Assembly (NCBI GenBank): GCA_965216735.1
Contig: OZ244198.1
Coordinates: forward strand, 4,927,478-4,991,477
From: Arenicellales bacterium
GTDB lineage: Bacteria; Pseudomonadota; Gammaproteobacteria; Arenicellales; CBDCFT01
Length of the DNA stretch: 64,000 nucleotides
Reading direction: 5' to 3'
Shown here: in pieces, positions 26,788 through 35,307 of the stretch
Layout: each line of letters starts with the position of its first letter
How positions within the stretch are numbered: position 1 is the first letter of the stretch
Notes under the pieces: generated by a model
Seen by the model: only the letters and a program-made list of their open reading frames with translations
The model's database searches: none
Told to the model about the DNA's origin: nothing
Translations under genes and position numbers: made by a program

Positions 26788-27690
26788 GTGCCGGCAACAC
26801 TAGACGAAAAATTAGTAGTGGCCATTTCCTCCAGAGCACTATTTGATCTGGAGGAAAGTCATCGTGTTTTTACCGAGCAAGGCGTGGACGCGTATTGCCG
26901 TTATCAAATCGAGCACGAGGACACGCTGTTGAAACCCGGTGTCGCTTTTTCTTTAGTAAAAAAATTGTTACATCTAAACAATAACCCGATGGGGCGTTCC
27001 TATGTCGAGGTGGTATTGATTTCGCGTAACAGTGCGGATACCGGTTTGCGTGTGTTCAATTCCATTCAACATTACAAATTAAATATTTCCCGTGCGGCTT
27101 TTTCCAGTGGCGACAGTCCGTATCGCTATGTGAAACCGTTTAACGCGCACTTGTTTTTGTCGGCGGATACCGTCGACGTCGACAGTGCACTCAATGCTGG
27201 TATCGCGGCGGCGACTATTTTGCCATCTAAAGTAGAAGCCGGTGCGGGTAGTGAACAACTACGCATCGCATTTGACGGTGATGCGGTTTTGTTTTCCGAT
27301 GAGGCGGAGCGCGTATACCGCAGTGAAGGTTTGGATGCATTCGCTACTTCCGAAGCTAAAAAAGCCAAACGGCCCTTACCCGGCGGTCCTTTCAAGAATG
27401 TCCTGGCGGCCCTGCATCGCATTCAAACGGATTTTCCCGCTGATCAACCCATAATCCGTACGGCTTTGATCACCGCCCGTGCCGCACCTGCCCATGAACG
27501 TGTCGTACGCACCTTGCGCGCCTGGGATATACGTATAGACGAAGCGGTGTTTCTAGGTGGCTTAGACAAAGGCGAGTTTCTAAAAACATTCGGTGCCGAT
27601 ATTTACTTCGACGATCAACAAGGACACTGCGATTCCACCCGGCAACATGTCCCGACCGGGCATGTTCCGCACGGGGTCGCCAACGACTAG
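26788..27690 (+). CDS. cN-IA-type 5'-nucleotidase family protein
   Basis: 'LVVAISSRALFDLEESHRVFTEQGVDAYCRYQIEHED', 'VVLISRNSADTGLRVFNSIQHY' and 'RIAFDGDAVLFSDEAE' fit the bacterial 5'-nucleotidase (PF06189-like) pattern as I recall it. GTG start. Confidence 0.7.
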   Translation: MPATLDEKLVVAISSRALFDLEESHRVFTEQGVDAYCRYQIEHEDTLLKPGVAFSLVKKLLHLNNNPMGRSYVEVVLISRNSADTGLRVFNSIQHYKLNISRAAFSSGDSPYRYVKPFNAHLFLSADTVDVDSALNAGIAAATILPSKVEAGAGSEQLRIAFDGDAVLFSDEAERVYRSEGLDAFATSEAKKAKRPLPGGPFKNVLAALHRIQTDFPADQPIIRTALITARAAPAHERVVRTLRAWDIRIDEAVFLGGLDKGEFLKTFGADIYFDDQQGHCDSTRQHVPTGHVPHGVAND

Positions 27691-27700
27691 GTTCTTGAAT

Positions 27701-30154
27701 TTACAGCGCTGCCTTGCGTAAACGCAACGCATTGCCGATGACAGATACCGAACTCAGACTCATGGCGGCGGCAGCAATCATGGGGCTGAGTAATAATCCA
27801 AAAAAAGGATATAAAACACCGGCCGCGATAGGTACGCCCAGTGTGTTGTAAACGAAGGCGAAAAATAAATTCTGCCGGATATTGCCCATAGTGCGGCGGC
27901 TCAATCCCCGGGCTTTCGCGATGCCGCGTAAATCACCTTTAACCAAGGTAACACCGGCGGTTTGCATGGCAACATCAGTGCCATGCCCCATGGCAATGCC
28001 GACATCGGCTTGCGCCAGTGCTGGTGCATCGTTTATTCCGTCTCCCGCCATTGCAACGATCCGGCCTTCTTGTTGCAGTTGTTTCACGTAGTCCGCTTTG
28101 TCTTGTGGTAAAACACCCGCCTTCACCCGTTCTATACCGAGTTCTCTGCCAACTGCACGTGCGGTTTTTTCAGTATCCCCGGTTAGCATGACGATCTCAA
28201 CACCGCTCGTTTTTAGAATATCCACTGCTTCCCGGGTAGATGATTTGATTGTGTCGGCCACGCTGATCAGACCCGCATAGTTTTCGCCGACACCGATAAA
28301 AACAACGGTGTGTCCTTGATCGCGCAGTTGGTTGGCTCGTTCCGATGCAATATCTGTATGAATGTTGTTTTCTGCAAGAAGGTCAGAAGTGCCGACGAAC
28401 ACGCGTTCGCTTTCAATGCTTGCACTCACACCTTTGCCGGTGATCGATTGGAAGTCGTTTGCTTTTGGCAAATCGACATCGTTTTCGACAGCGTGATTAA
28501 TGATGGCCTGAGCCAATGGATGTTCACTGACTTTTTCCACCGCTCCCGTTAGTTGCAAAAGTCGTTTTACGTCGAACCCCGTAGCGGGTTCGACGATTTG
28601 TACCTTTGGCCTGCCTTCAGTCAGTGTCCCGGTTTTGTCCACTACCAGTGTGTCGATCTCTTCCAAACGTTCGAGGGATTCGGCATCTTTAATTAACACC
28701 CCGTTCTCCGCACCCCGGCCGATTCCCACCATGACGGACATGGGTGTGGCTAAACCGAGCGCACAGGGACAAGCAATGATTAACACGGCCACGGCATTAA
28801 TGACAGCGTATGCAAGTGCGGGAGCCGGTCCCACGAATGACCAAATCAAAAAAGTCAGTACGGCAACGGCCACGACAATGGGAACGAAATAAGAGGCAAC
28901 TTTGTCAGCGAGCTTTTGAATAGGGGCACGGCTGCGTTGCGCCTCACTGACCATTTGTACAATTTGTGCCAGCACGGTATCGCTGCCTACACGCTCAGCC
29001 CGCATCACCAAAGTGCTTGTGCCGTTTACCGTTGCACCGATTAATGTATCGCTGATGGTTTTTTCTACCGGGATAGGTTCGCCGGTGACCATGGATTCGT
29101 CTACCGAACTGACGCCTTCAATAACCACGCCGTCCACCGGTATCTTCTCGCCGGGGCGGATACGCAATTGATCGCCGGCCTGTACTTCCGTTAACGGGAT
29201 ATCTTTCTCATCACCGTGTTCATCGATGCGACGGGCGGTGTTGGGTGCCAAACCGAGTAAGGCACGCACTGCAGATCCTGTCTGGCTACGTGCCTTTAAT
29301 TCCAACACTTGTCCCAATAACACCAGGGTAATAATGACTGCCGCAGCCTCGAAATAGACACTCACATCGCCCGAATGGGTGCGGAACGATTGCGGAAATA
29401 GGTGTGGCACCAGGGTCGCAACGACACTATAGACAAAGGCAACGCCTGTTCCCATGGCGATCAAGGTAAACATATTAGGACTGCGATTGACGATAGACTG
29501 GTAGCCACGTTCAAAGAACGGCTTTCCGCCCCACAACACAACAGGTGTTGTGAGTATCAATTGAATCCAGATTAGCGTTCGCGGTGCGGCGATACGGGAA
29601 AATAAATCGCCAAACTGCATTTCACCCATGGCGATGACGAACACCGGAACGGTGAATGCCAGACTCCACCAGAATCGCCGCCGCATGTCGGTGAGTTCCG
29701 GATTCTCCTCTTGTTCCAAAATAACGGTTTGCGCTTCCAATGCCATGCCGCACTTGGGGCAAATACCCGGTTCGTCCTGCACCACCTCGGGATGCATCGG
29801 ACAACTATATTGTGTGCGTGTCGATGCAAGAACCAGTGCGGCGGATTCCAATGCCATACCGCATTTGGGACATGCCGCGGGCACGTCGCTTTCCACACCC
29901 GGACACATAGGGCATATATACGGGCCGTGGCCGGCAGGAATACTTTCTTTGGCTTGTCTAGATAAATACTGTTGGGCATTCGCGGCGAACTTGTCGCGGC
30001 AACCCTTGCAACAAAAATAATAGTCAACACCTTCCTGTTGAACCGAAATGGCCGTCGCCGGATCGACACTCATGCCGCACACAGGATCGACGGCTTTCGG
30101 GCTATGACAGCAATGCGACTGTTCGTTTACCGATTCATTTAAAACCTCATTCAT
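27701..30154 (-). CDS. copA: Copper-translocating P1B-type ATPase
   Basis: 'CPC' in '[13 protein letters not shown]', 'DKTGTLT', 'TGD', '[10 protein letters not shown]'. The N-terminus carries a TRASH/YHS-like 'CGMSVDP...[12 protein letters not shown]' and two '[13 protein letters not shown]' zinc-ribbon metal-binding modules. The start at 30154 (MNEVLNES) overlaps the cueR stop by 8 nt; the track's longer ORF runs into cueR. Confidence 0.93.
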   Translation of the reverse strand: MNEVLNESVNEQSHCCHSPKAVDPVCGMSVDPATAISVQQEGVDYYFCCKGCRDKFAANAQQYLSRQAKESIPAGHGPYICPMCPGVESDVPAACPKCGMALESAALVLASTRTQYSCPMHPEVVQDEPGICPKCGMALEAQTVILEQEENPELTDMRRRFWWSLAFTVPVFVIAMGEMQFGDLFSRIAAPRTLIWIQLILTTPVVLWGGKPFFERGYQSIVNRSPNMFTLIAMGTGVAFVYSVVATLVPHLFPQSFRTHSGDVSVYFEAAAVIITLVLLGQVLELKARSQTGSAVRALLGLAPNTARRIDEHGDEKDIPLTEVQAGDQLRIRPGEKIPVDGVVIEGVSSVDESMVTGEPIPVEKTISDTLIGATVNGTSTLVMRAERVGSDTVLAQIVQMVSEAQRSRAPIQKLADKVASYFVPIVVAVAVLTFLIWSFVGPAPALAYAVINAVAVLIIACPCALGLATPMSVMVGIGRGAENGVLIKDAESLERLEEIDTLVVDKTGTLTEGRPKVQIVEPATGFDVKRLLQLTGAVEKVSEHPLAQAIINHAVENDVDLPKANDFQSITGKGVSASIESERVFVGTSDLLAENNIHTDIASERANQLRDQGHTVVFIGVGENYAGLISVADTIKSSTREAVDILKTSGVEIVMLTGDTEKTARAVGRELGIERVKAGVLPQDKADYVKQLQQEGRIVAMAGDGINDAPALAQADVGIAMGHGTDVAMQTAGVTLVKGDLRGIAKARGLSRRTMGNIRQNLFFAFVYNTLGVPIAAGVLYPFFGLLLSPMIAAAAMSLSSVSVIGNALRLRKAAL

Positions 30155-30551
30155 CTTTTGATAAAGCCTCAATAATAGGACAGCCGCTGACCGGGCCATG
30201 ACCTGAGCATTCTGCCGACAATTGCGACAGCACCTTGCGCATACGCTCCAGATCAGCGAGTTTTTGCTCAATGTGTTTTAACTTTGATTTAGTCATGGAC
30301 TTAACGCTTGCACGGTCACTGTTTGGATCGTCATGCAAAGTCAGTAGCTCGGCGATTTCTTCCAGGGTAAAACCGAGATGCTTCGCGCGTCTTATAAACC
30401 TCAAACGGTCAACGGTAGTCTGTGGAAAGCGGCGATAGCCCGCTGGAGACCGTTCCGGACGAGGCAGTAACTCGCGTTTTTCATAGAAGCGTATGGCTTC
30501 GATACCGACGTCGGCAGCTTTTGCCAGTTCTCCGATGCTCAGTGTTTTCAT
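30147..30551 (-). CDS. cueR: MerR-family metal-responsive regulator, CueR/HmrR-like
   Basis: N-terminal HTH '[24 protein letters not shown]' and C-terminal metal loop '[16 protein letters not shown]', comparable with CueR 'CPGDDSADCPIIENL'. Confidence 0.85.
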   Translation of the reverse strand: MKTLSIGELAKAADVGIEAIRFYEKRELLPRPERSPAGYRRFPQTTVDRLRFIRRAKHLGFTLEEIAELLTLHDDPNSDRASVKSMTKSKLKHIEQKLADLERMRKVLSQLSAECSGHGPVSGCPIIEALSKDE

Positions 30552-30558
30552 GGATCAA

Positions 30559-30590
30559 AGCATAAACCCTGTAGTATGGTACAGAGTCAA
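30559..30590 (-). promoter_or_regulatory. MerR-type promoter/operator with a 20-bp spacer; predicted leaderless cueR-copA transcript
   Basis: Minus strand: TTGACT (30590-30585), 20-bp spacer, TATGCT (30564-30559). A 22-bp imperfect palindrome ACTCTGTACCATACTACAGGGT (30587-30566) spans the spacer. Only 7 nt separate the -10 element from the ATG, and there is no SD. Confidence 0.55.
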
Positions 30591-30708
30591 GCATAAACTT
30601 GCGATATGGGACAAGCCTCGCTAGATTTCAGGGGCGTGGGGAATTCCTGGTGGGCAAATTGATCTAAGCCAACGAATCGATTTTCCTTAGTAATATAAAT
30701 ACCGAAAA

Positions 30709-31227
30709 ATGCATCGTATATTTTATTTCCTTCTTGCAGGTTTGTTCGCCTTTACCCTCGCCATGGCTGAACTGCCGAAGGGTTTGACCTATGTCTACGA
30801 AACCCCGCCTGCTGAGGATTTCGAACTACCTACCCTGAATGGCGAGACCATGAAGCTCTCGGATCACCTCGGCAAAGTCGTGCTGGTTAATTTTTGGGCG
30901 ACCTGGTGCCCACCCTGCCGTGAAGAAATGCCCGGTATTCACAACGTTTGGATACAGTTGCAAGATAAGGGTTTTGAAGTACTCGCGGTGAATCTGGGCG
31001 AAGACGCTGAGGATGTCGAACGTTTTGTGTTCGAATATGGTCTGGAAAATTCGTTTCCGTTTTTGCTGGACACCGAGAGCATGGCAATGCAGTCGCTTGG
31101 AGTGAAAGGCTTGCCGACAACTTTTATCGTCGATAAACAAGGCAACAAATATTACGAAGCTTTAGGGCCGAGACAATTCGATTCGGAAGAGATTGTTGGA
31201 TTAATTCAGGAGCTACTCGAAAAATAA
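30709..31227 (+). CDS. TlpA/ResA-family periplasmic thiol:disulfide oxidoreductase
   Basis: Signal/anchor 'FYFLLAGLFAFTLAMA' and thioredoxin motif 'NFWATWCPPCREEMP'. Confidence 0.85.
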   Translation: MHRIFYFLLAGLFAFTLAMAELPKGLTYVYETPPAEDFELPTLNGETMKLSDHLGKVVLVNFWATWCPPCREEMPGIHNVWIQLQDKGFEVLAVNLGEDAEDVERFVFEYGLENSFPFLLDTESMAMQSLGVKGLPTTFIVDKQGNKYYEALGPRQFDSEEIVGLIQELLEK

Positions 31228-31290
31228 ATTTTGCATCTTATGTAACGGCAATAGATGTAGCACTGACCATCTCGAGTTCTCCTTAAAAAA

Positions 31291-31533
31291 CATGTCGTCC
31301 TGCGCTTTCAGCGCTTAGGAAGAGTGACTTTCTTTTGCGCGAAAAGAAAGTCACAAAAAAAGCGTGCCCCTGCGTTCTGATTCCTAACGGAACTGCCCTC
31401 ACCGAAAGCCCAATGTCAAACAACAAGGGCAACGGGTGGGTTCCACGAATCATCCACGATTCGGCGAACCTTACCGACATTCTTGTTCAATTATCCCTGC
31501 AACCGTGTTTCGTCTCGGCAAAACGCAAAGGGG
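31291..31533 (+). repeat. Copy A of a dispersed non-coding element (partner at 46667-46873); candidate structured RNA
   Basis: Shared blocks with copy B: 'AAAGCG(T/C)GCCCCTG(C/T)GTTCTG', 'CCGAAAGCC', 'CGAATCATCCACGATT(C/T)GGCGAACCT', 'TCCCTGCAACCGT(G/C)TTTCGT(C/T)TCGGCA(A/G)AACGC'. The ORFs called over the two copies are in different frames across the shared blocks. Confidence 0.7.
31324..31361 (+). repeat. Perfect 13-bp inverted repeat plus A7, present only in copy A of the element
   Basis: GTGACTTTCTTTT-gcgcg-AAAAGAAAGTCAC followed by AAAAAAA. There is no counterpart at the equivalent position of copy B. Confidence 0.7.
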
Positions 31534-31906
31534 TAGAGAATGTTCGGACAGATTGATGCTGCGTAATGAATCAGAATCGAAGGGCGTCAAAATAGATCTA
31601 GAGTAATGTTTTCCTACATCCTACTTCTCCAGATTTGCGATCGCTTTTTGTCAGCCGTTGTTGAAAAAAATATGCAACGTTACCCAACTTGACAGGTAAG
31701 TGAATGCGGCGCAGACTTTATAGAGAATGCCTATATTTTTTAAGTCGTTTCGGTATATTTGTATGGGCGTTCAGGGAGCGAATGATCAAAAAGCCATGAT
31801 CGAACGGCGTTGTGGCGAAGATCATTGCATGGCTGTCGGCATAAGCTGAGCTATGAGGTCTCTATGTCGACAATATCTAACAAATATCCAAGGGAGGAAT
31901 CCCACA

Positions 31907-32389
31907 ATGACTTTAAAATTACCATTCCTTAGTACTATTGCTGTCGCTGCGACCTTCGCTACCATACCGACCCTCGCTGACGCTTTGCGTTCCAATGTCG
32001 CGTTTAACAACAGCATCTCCGAGCAGACTTCGGACCAACCAGAAAACGGAGTCAAAGTTTCCTACCAGGTTACGCTACAGGGCGGCGATCTCGACGGTTG
32101 TACTATTGACATCGTTGAGGCTCTGTATGGCCGTGATGAAGGCGCTTGGGGAATTTTTGATATCGTGGGCGACGTGAGTTGTGCCAGCGGTAGTTTTTCC
32201 TACACTTCGTCCGGCTCTTGGGATGGCAACGGATTCCACGCCTCTGGCGATATCAAAGAAGGCAGTGGCAGCGGAGATTTCGAAGGCATCACTGGCCGTG
32301 TCGCGCAGCTTGGCGGTTCCGTAGCTGTTGCAGCAGATGAATCTCTGGATGTTTCCTATGAACTGGTCGTCGATAAAGCTGGCGACTGA
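31907..32389 (+). CDS. Secreted hypothetical protein
   Basis: The ATG at 31907 is preceded by AAGGGAGGA. Signal peptide 'MTLKLPFLSTIAVAATFATIPTLADA'. No family recognised. A terminator follows. Confidence 0.55.
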   Translation: MTLKLPFLSTIAVAATFATIPTLADALRSNVAFNNSISEQTSDQPENGVKVSYQVTLQGGDLDGCTIDIVEALYGRDEGAWGIFDIVGDVSCASGSFSYTSSGSWDGNGFHASGDIKEGSGSGDFEGITGRVAQLGGSVAVAADESLDVSYELVVDKAGD

Positions 32390-32406
32390 GTGATTCTCTA
32401 TCATTT

Positions 32407-32440
32407 TGGCGGCGTCGAGATTCAGGCGCCGCCGGTTATT
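32407..32440 (+). terminator. Probable rho-independent terminator
   Basis: GGCGGCG-(12 nt)-CGCCGCC followed by GGTTATTTTA, 18 nt after the stop codon. Confidence 0.5.
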
Positions 32441-32623
32441 TTAGCTCATGACGGATCATTCTGGAAAAAACGTTGACTTAACGTAGTCTTCTGAACGCTG
32501 AGATCCATTCCATGATGGTAAAATATGTCCGCTGCAGACATTGCGTCATCAATCCCTTTCTAAACACCTAAGTTTAGCCTCCGTAAACCGCAAAGAGGAT
32601 AGATGATTGGTCAAGGAAGATCG

Positions 32624-33220
32624 TTACGTACTCGATTCGTCATTTGCATGTGAACCCAATACTTCGGAGAGACGTCCAGTAATTCGCTCCATTGTCGCTT
32701 CGGAGCGTTCAAATCCATAGACCGTGAGTGGGAAGTTCAAAGGTTTTTGAATCTCCCAAATACGTTCATGCTCGCTCGGTGGCAGTATTTGCGCTGGATT
32801 TCCGACAGCAACCCAGCCAATGGGTACAGTCTCTCCAGTGGCTAATTGGGTCTTGACGTGTACGACGCCGTTAACGCGCACCTCGCTGCCTTTACCAAGA
32901 TGAGCCGAATGAAACACAGCAGCTCCCGTTGCGATGAAAACTTCGTCCTCCACGGTACAACCTACGACATGAGCATTCGGGCCGACGAGACAATTGTTGC
33001 CAATACTCATGGGATGACGGGCCGAGCTTCGAAGGACGGCGTTCTCCATAATAATGCACTCGCTACCAATAGATATAGAGCCACTCTCGGCGATAATTTG
33101 AGCGCCATACATGATTCGGCAACCTGGATCTACTGTGACGTTGCCGCAGACAACAGCATTTGGCGCGACCCAAGCTGTCGGATCGATCTGCGGTAGAACT
33201 CCATCATGTTTAATAAGCAT
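32624..33220 (-). CDS. Left-handed beta-helix (hexapeptide repeat) protein, gamma-carbonic-anhydrase/PaaY-like
   Basis: 'PQIDPTAWVAPNAVVCGNVTVDPGCRIMYGAQI...SIGSECIIMENAVL...IGNNCLVGPNAHVVGCTVEDEVFIATGAAV' shows a hexapeptide periodicity typical of the gamma-CA-like family. Confidence 0.75.
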   Translation of the reverse strand: MLIKHDGVLPQIDPTAWVAPNAVVCGNVTVDPGCRIMYGAQIIAESGSISIGSECIIMENAVLRSSARHPMSIGNNCLVGPNAHVVGCTVEDEVFIATGAAVFHSAHLGKGSEVRVNGVVHVKTQLATGETVPIGWVAVGNPAQILPPSEHERIWEIQKPLNFPLTVYGFERSEATMERITGRLSEVLGSHANDESST

Positions 33221-33351
33221 GTAATTTCCCGTTGTGAGTTGAGAAGTCCTAGTCGGTGAGTCAACAATGCATTTCTATGCTTTAATTCAGCAATTGTAGC
33301 CTGGATGGAGCACAGCGTAATCCAGGAAACCAAGCGCAAAGCCCGTTACGC

Positions 33352-33777
33352 TTATTGGTTTATTTGCGTCATCCAAATCTCGTAAGGTTCGTCAGGCCAT
33401 AACGACGTTAACCAGGTGATGATGGCGTCGATTTGTTCATCGTCGAGTGTGTCTTGCCATGCCGGCATGCTTCCGCCAAGCTGTATTGTGCCTTGCTGAA
33501 TAGTTTGCATTAATGCGGCGCGAGGATGATGCCAGGTATGGGCCGTGCCGTTAAGTGGCGGCGGTGGGAATTTGCCGTCCTCACCGCGTTGTTGCCAATT
33601 TCCTGCTCCTCCGGCACTGGTTCCGTGACACACTGCGCAGTTTACCCGGAATAAAGTTTTACCGGTTTTTAGTACTTCAGCATCATATTCACGCTCTGCA
33701 GCAAAGCTTGCCATGCTAATCATTAACAATGAAACGAATATTGTGTACGTAAGGAAATTAGAAAGGGGGAAGATCAT
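33352..33777 (-). CDS. Monoheme c-type cytochrome (periplasmic)
   Basis: Signal peptide, heme-binding 'CAVCHG', and distal 'GGSMPAW'. Confidence 0.8.
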   Translation of the reverse strand: MIFPLSNFLTYTIFVSLLMISMASFAAEREYDAEVLKTGKTLFRVNCAVCHGTSAGGAGNWQQRGEDGKFPPPPLNGTAHTWHHPRAALMQTIQQGTIQLGGSMPAWQDTLDDEQIDAIITWLTSLWPDEPYEIWMTQINQ

Positions 33778-33873
33778 GGATTTTTCCGGTAAATTTCAAG
33801 TAGATAACATTTTATCGTGGCGAGGGCGCCCCTCCCACAGTATCTGTCATGCTCCGCACTACACGTTTGGAAA

Positions 33874-35289
33874 TTAACCATTCCACAATCCTTCGCGTCG
33901 GACATCGTCCATGGCTTTTTCGATCCCCTTACGCAAAATATCTACCATGTCGTCAACTTGCGATTTGGTAATCACCAACGGTGGTGACATGACACACATG
34001 TTGATAATAGGTCGAACGATTAAACCCAATTCCTGACAATATTTATCGATTCGATTACCGACTTCGTAATCCAGCGTCAATGGGTCTTTGCTTTCCTGAC
34101 TAATAACACATTCCACACAAGCCATCAGACCCATGCCACGCACATCGCCGACAATAGGAATGTCGATCAATTCGCGCATGCATTCTTGCAGGTACGGACC
34201 AACCTCCCGGGCATGTTCCAGTAAACCTTCTCGCTCGATAATATCGATATTTTCCAATGCCGCTGCGCTCGCTATGGGATGGCCGGAATAAGTAAAACCG
34301 TTGGAAAAATAGCCGATTTCTTCCGGTGCATCGCCAAGGGTTTTTAGCAAGCGGTCAGAAATCAAGACACCACCCATGGGAACATAGCCGGAGGTCAAAC
34401 CTTTGGCGGTGGTAATCATGTCCGGGACGATATCGAACACGGCTTCGCTGGCGAAGAAATGACCCAGCCGTCCGAATGCGGTGACCACCTCGTCGGAAAT
34501 ATACAAAACGTCATGCTTGCGGCAGACTTCGAGACAGCGTTTGTGATAACCAGGTGGTGGGACAATGACGCCACCGGATGCCAGAATCGGTTCGGCAATA
34601 AACGCGGCTACTTTATCCGCGCCGATTTGCAGAATTTTATTTTCCAGGTCGGCTACTTTTGCGTCACAAAATTCTTCTATGCTCATGCCGTCCGGGCGGC
34701 GGTAGGGATTGGGCGACGGTAGGTGATGCACGGTATTGCGCTCGAAATCGAGAAAGCTCTTATCGCGGGTTTTGCCTGATACGGAGGCGGCGAGGTAAGT
34801 GCTGCCGTGGTAGGCATCAGCACGCGAAATAAGATGTTTCTTTTGTGGGCGGCCGAGAAAATTGTTATAGAACATGGCAAAACGTAAGGCTGAATCGACC
34901 GCCGTCGATCCACCCGTAGTAAAAAACACGTGATTCAAATCGCCGGGCGATAACCCGGCTATTTTTTCCGCTAAAATCGAGGCCGGCGCATTAGTCAAAC
35001 TCCAAGGGCTGTAGTACGCCATTTGTATGGCTTGTTGCGCGATCACATCGGCGATTTCTTTACGGCCATGTCCGACATTGACGCACCACATGCCACCCGG
35101 TCCGTCGATAAGCCGGTTGCCGTCGGAATCATGTAAGTAAACACCTTCCGACTGGGTGACCACCGTGCGTTGATTCTTGCCTATGTTTTTAACGTTGTCC
35201 CAAGGATGCAAAAATGCATTGTCGGCACGTTGTAGCTCATCGGTGTGCATAGTCTTTAGTGCGGTATTGGATTCCACATCAATCTCCAA
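33874..35289 (-). CDS. Class III PLP aminotransferase (omega-amino acid/polyamine:pyruvate transaminase-like)
   Basis: 'LIDGPGGMWCVNVGHGR', 'FFTTGGSTAVDSALR', 'YISDEVVTAFGRLGHFF' and 'DMITTAKGLTSGYVPMGG' (PLP lysine). Confidence 0.88.
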   Translation of the reverse strand: MEIDVESNTALKTMHTDELQRADNAFLHPWDNVKNIGKNQRTVVTQSEGVYLHDSDGNRLIDGPGGMWCVNVGHGRKEIADVIAQQAIQMAYYSPWSLTNAPASILAEKIAGLSPGDLNHVFFTTGGSTAVDSALRFAMFYNNFLGRPQKKHLISRADAYHGSTYLAASVSGKTRDKSFLDFERNTVHHLPSPNPYRRPDGMSIEEFCDAKVADLENKILQIGADKVAAFIAEPILASGGVIVPPPGYHKRCLEVCRKHDVLYISDEVVTAFGRLGHFFASEAVFDIVPDMITTAKGLTSGYVPMGGVLISDRLLKTLGDAPEEIGYFSNGFTYSGHPIASAAALENIDIIEREGLLEHAREVGPYLQECMRELIDIPIVGDVRGMGLMACVECVISQESKDPLTLDYEVGNRIDKYCQELGLIVRPIINMCVMSPPLVITKSQVDDMVDILRKGIEKAMDDVRREGLWNG

Positions 35290-35307
35290 GATAGGCTTTG
35301 CGCTAAG

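Noticed and set aside
29572-30069. Long ORFs antisense to or overlapping real genes. Examples are 29572-30069, 29628-30020 and 28635-28892 within copA; 811-1152 and 1153-1476 within the protease gene; 3784-4140 within the oxidase gene; and 42300-42779 within ppx.
   Set aside because: These are shadow ORFs inside well-supported genes. They have no motifs, and their composition (Arg/Pro/Ser-rich) is typical of off-frame reads.
31367-31533. Integron attC site or gene-cassette boundary as an explanation for the repeat element.
   Set aside because: There are no RYYYAAC / GTTRRRY core sites at the ends, no integron integrase or cassette array nearby, and the element is longer and more branched than typical attC sites.
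31335-31556. The 73-aa ORFs called over both copies of the repeat element (31335-31556 and 46648-46869), and the antisense ORF 31283-31480, as possible small proteins.
   Set aside because: The two copies read the conserved DNA blocks in different frames, because the indels between blocks are not multiples of 3. The peptides share only the last ~12 residues. Conservation is at the nucleotide/structure level.
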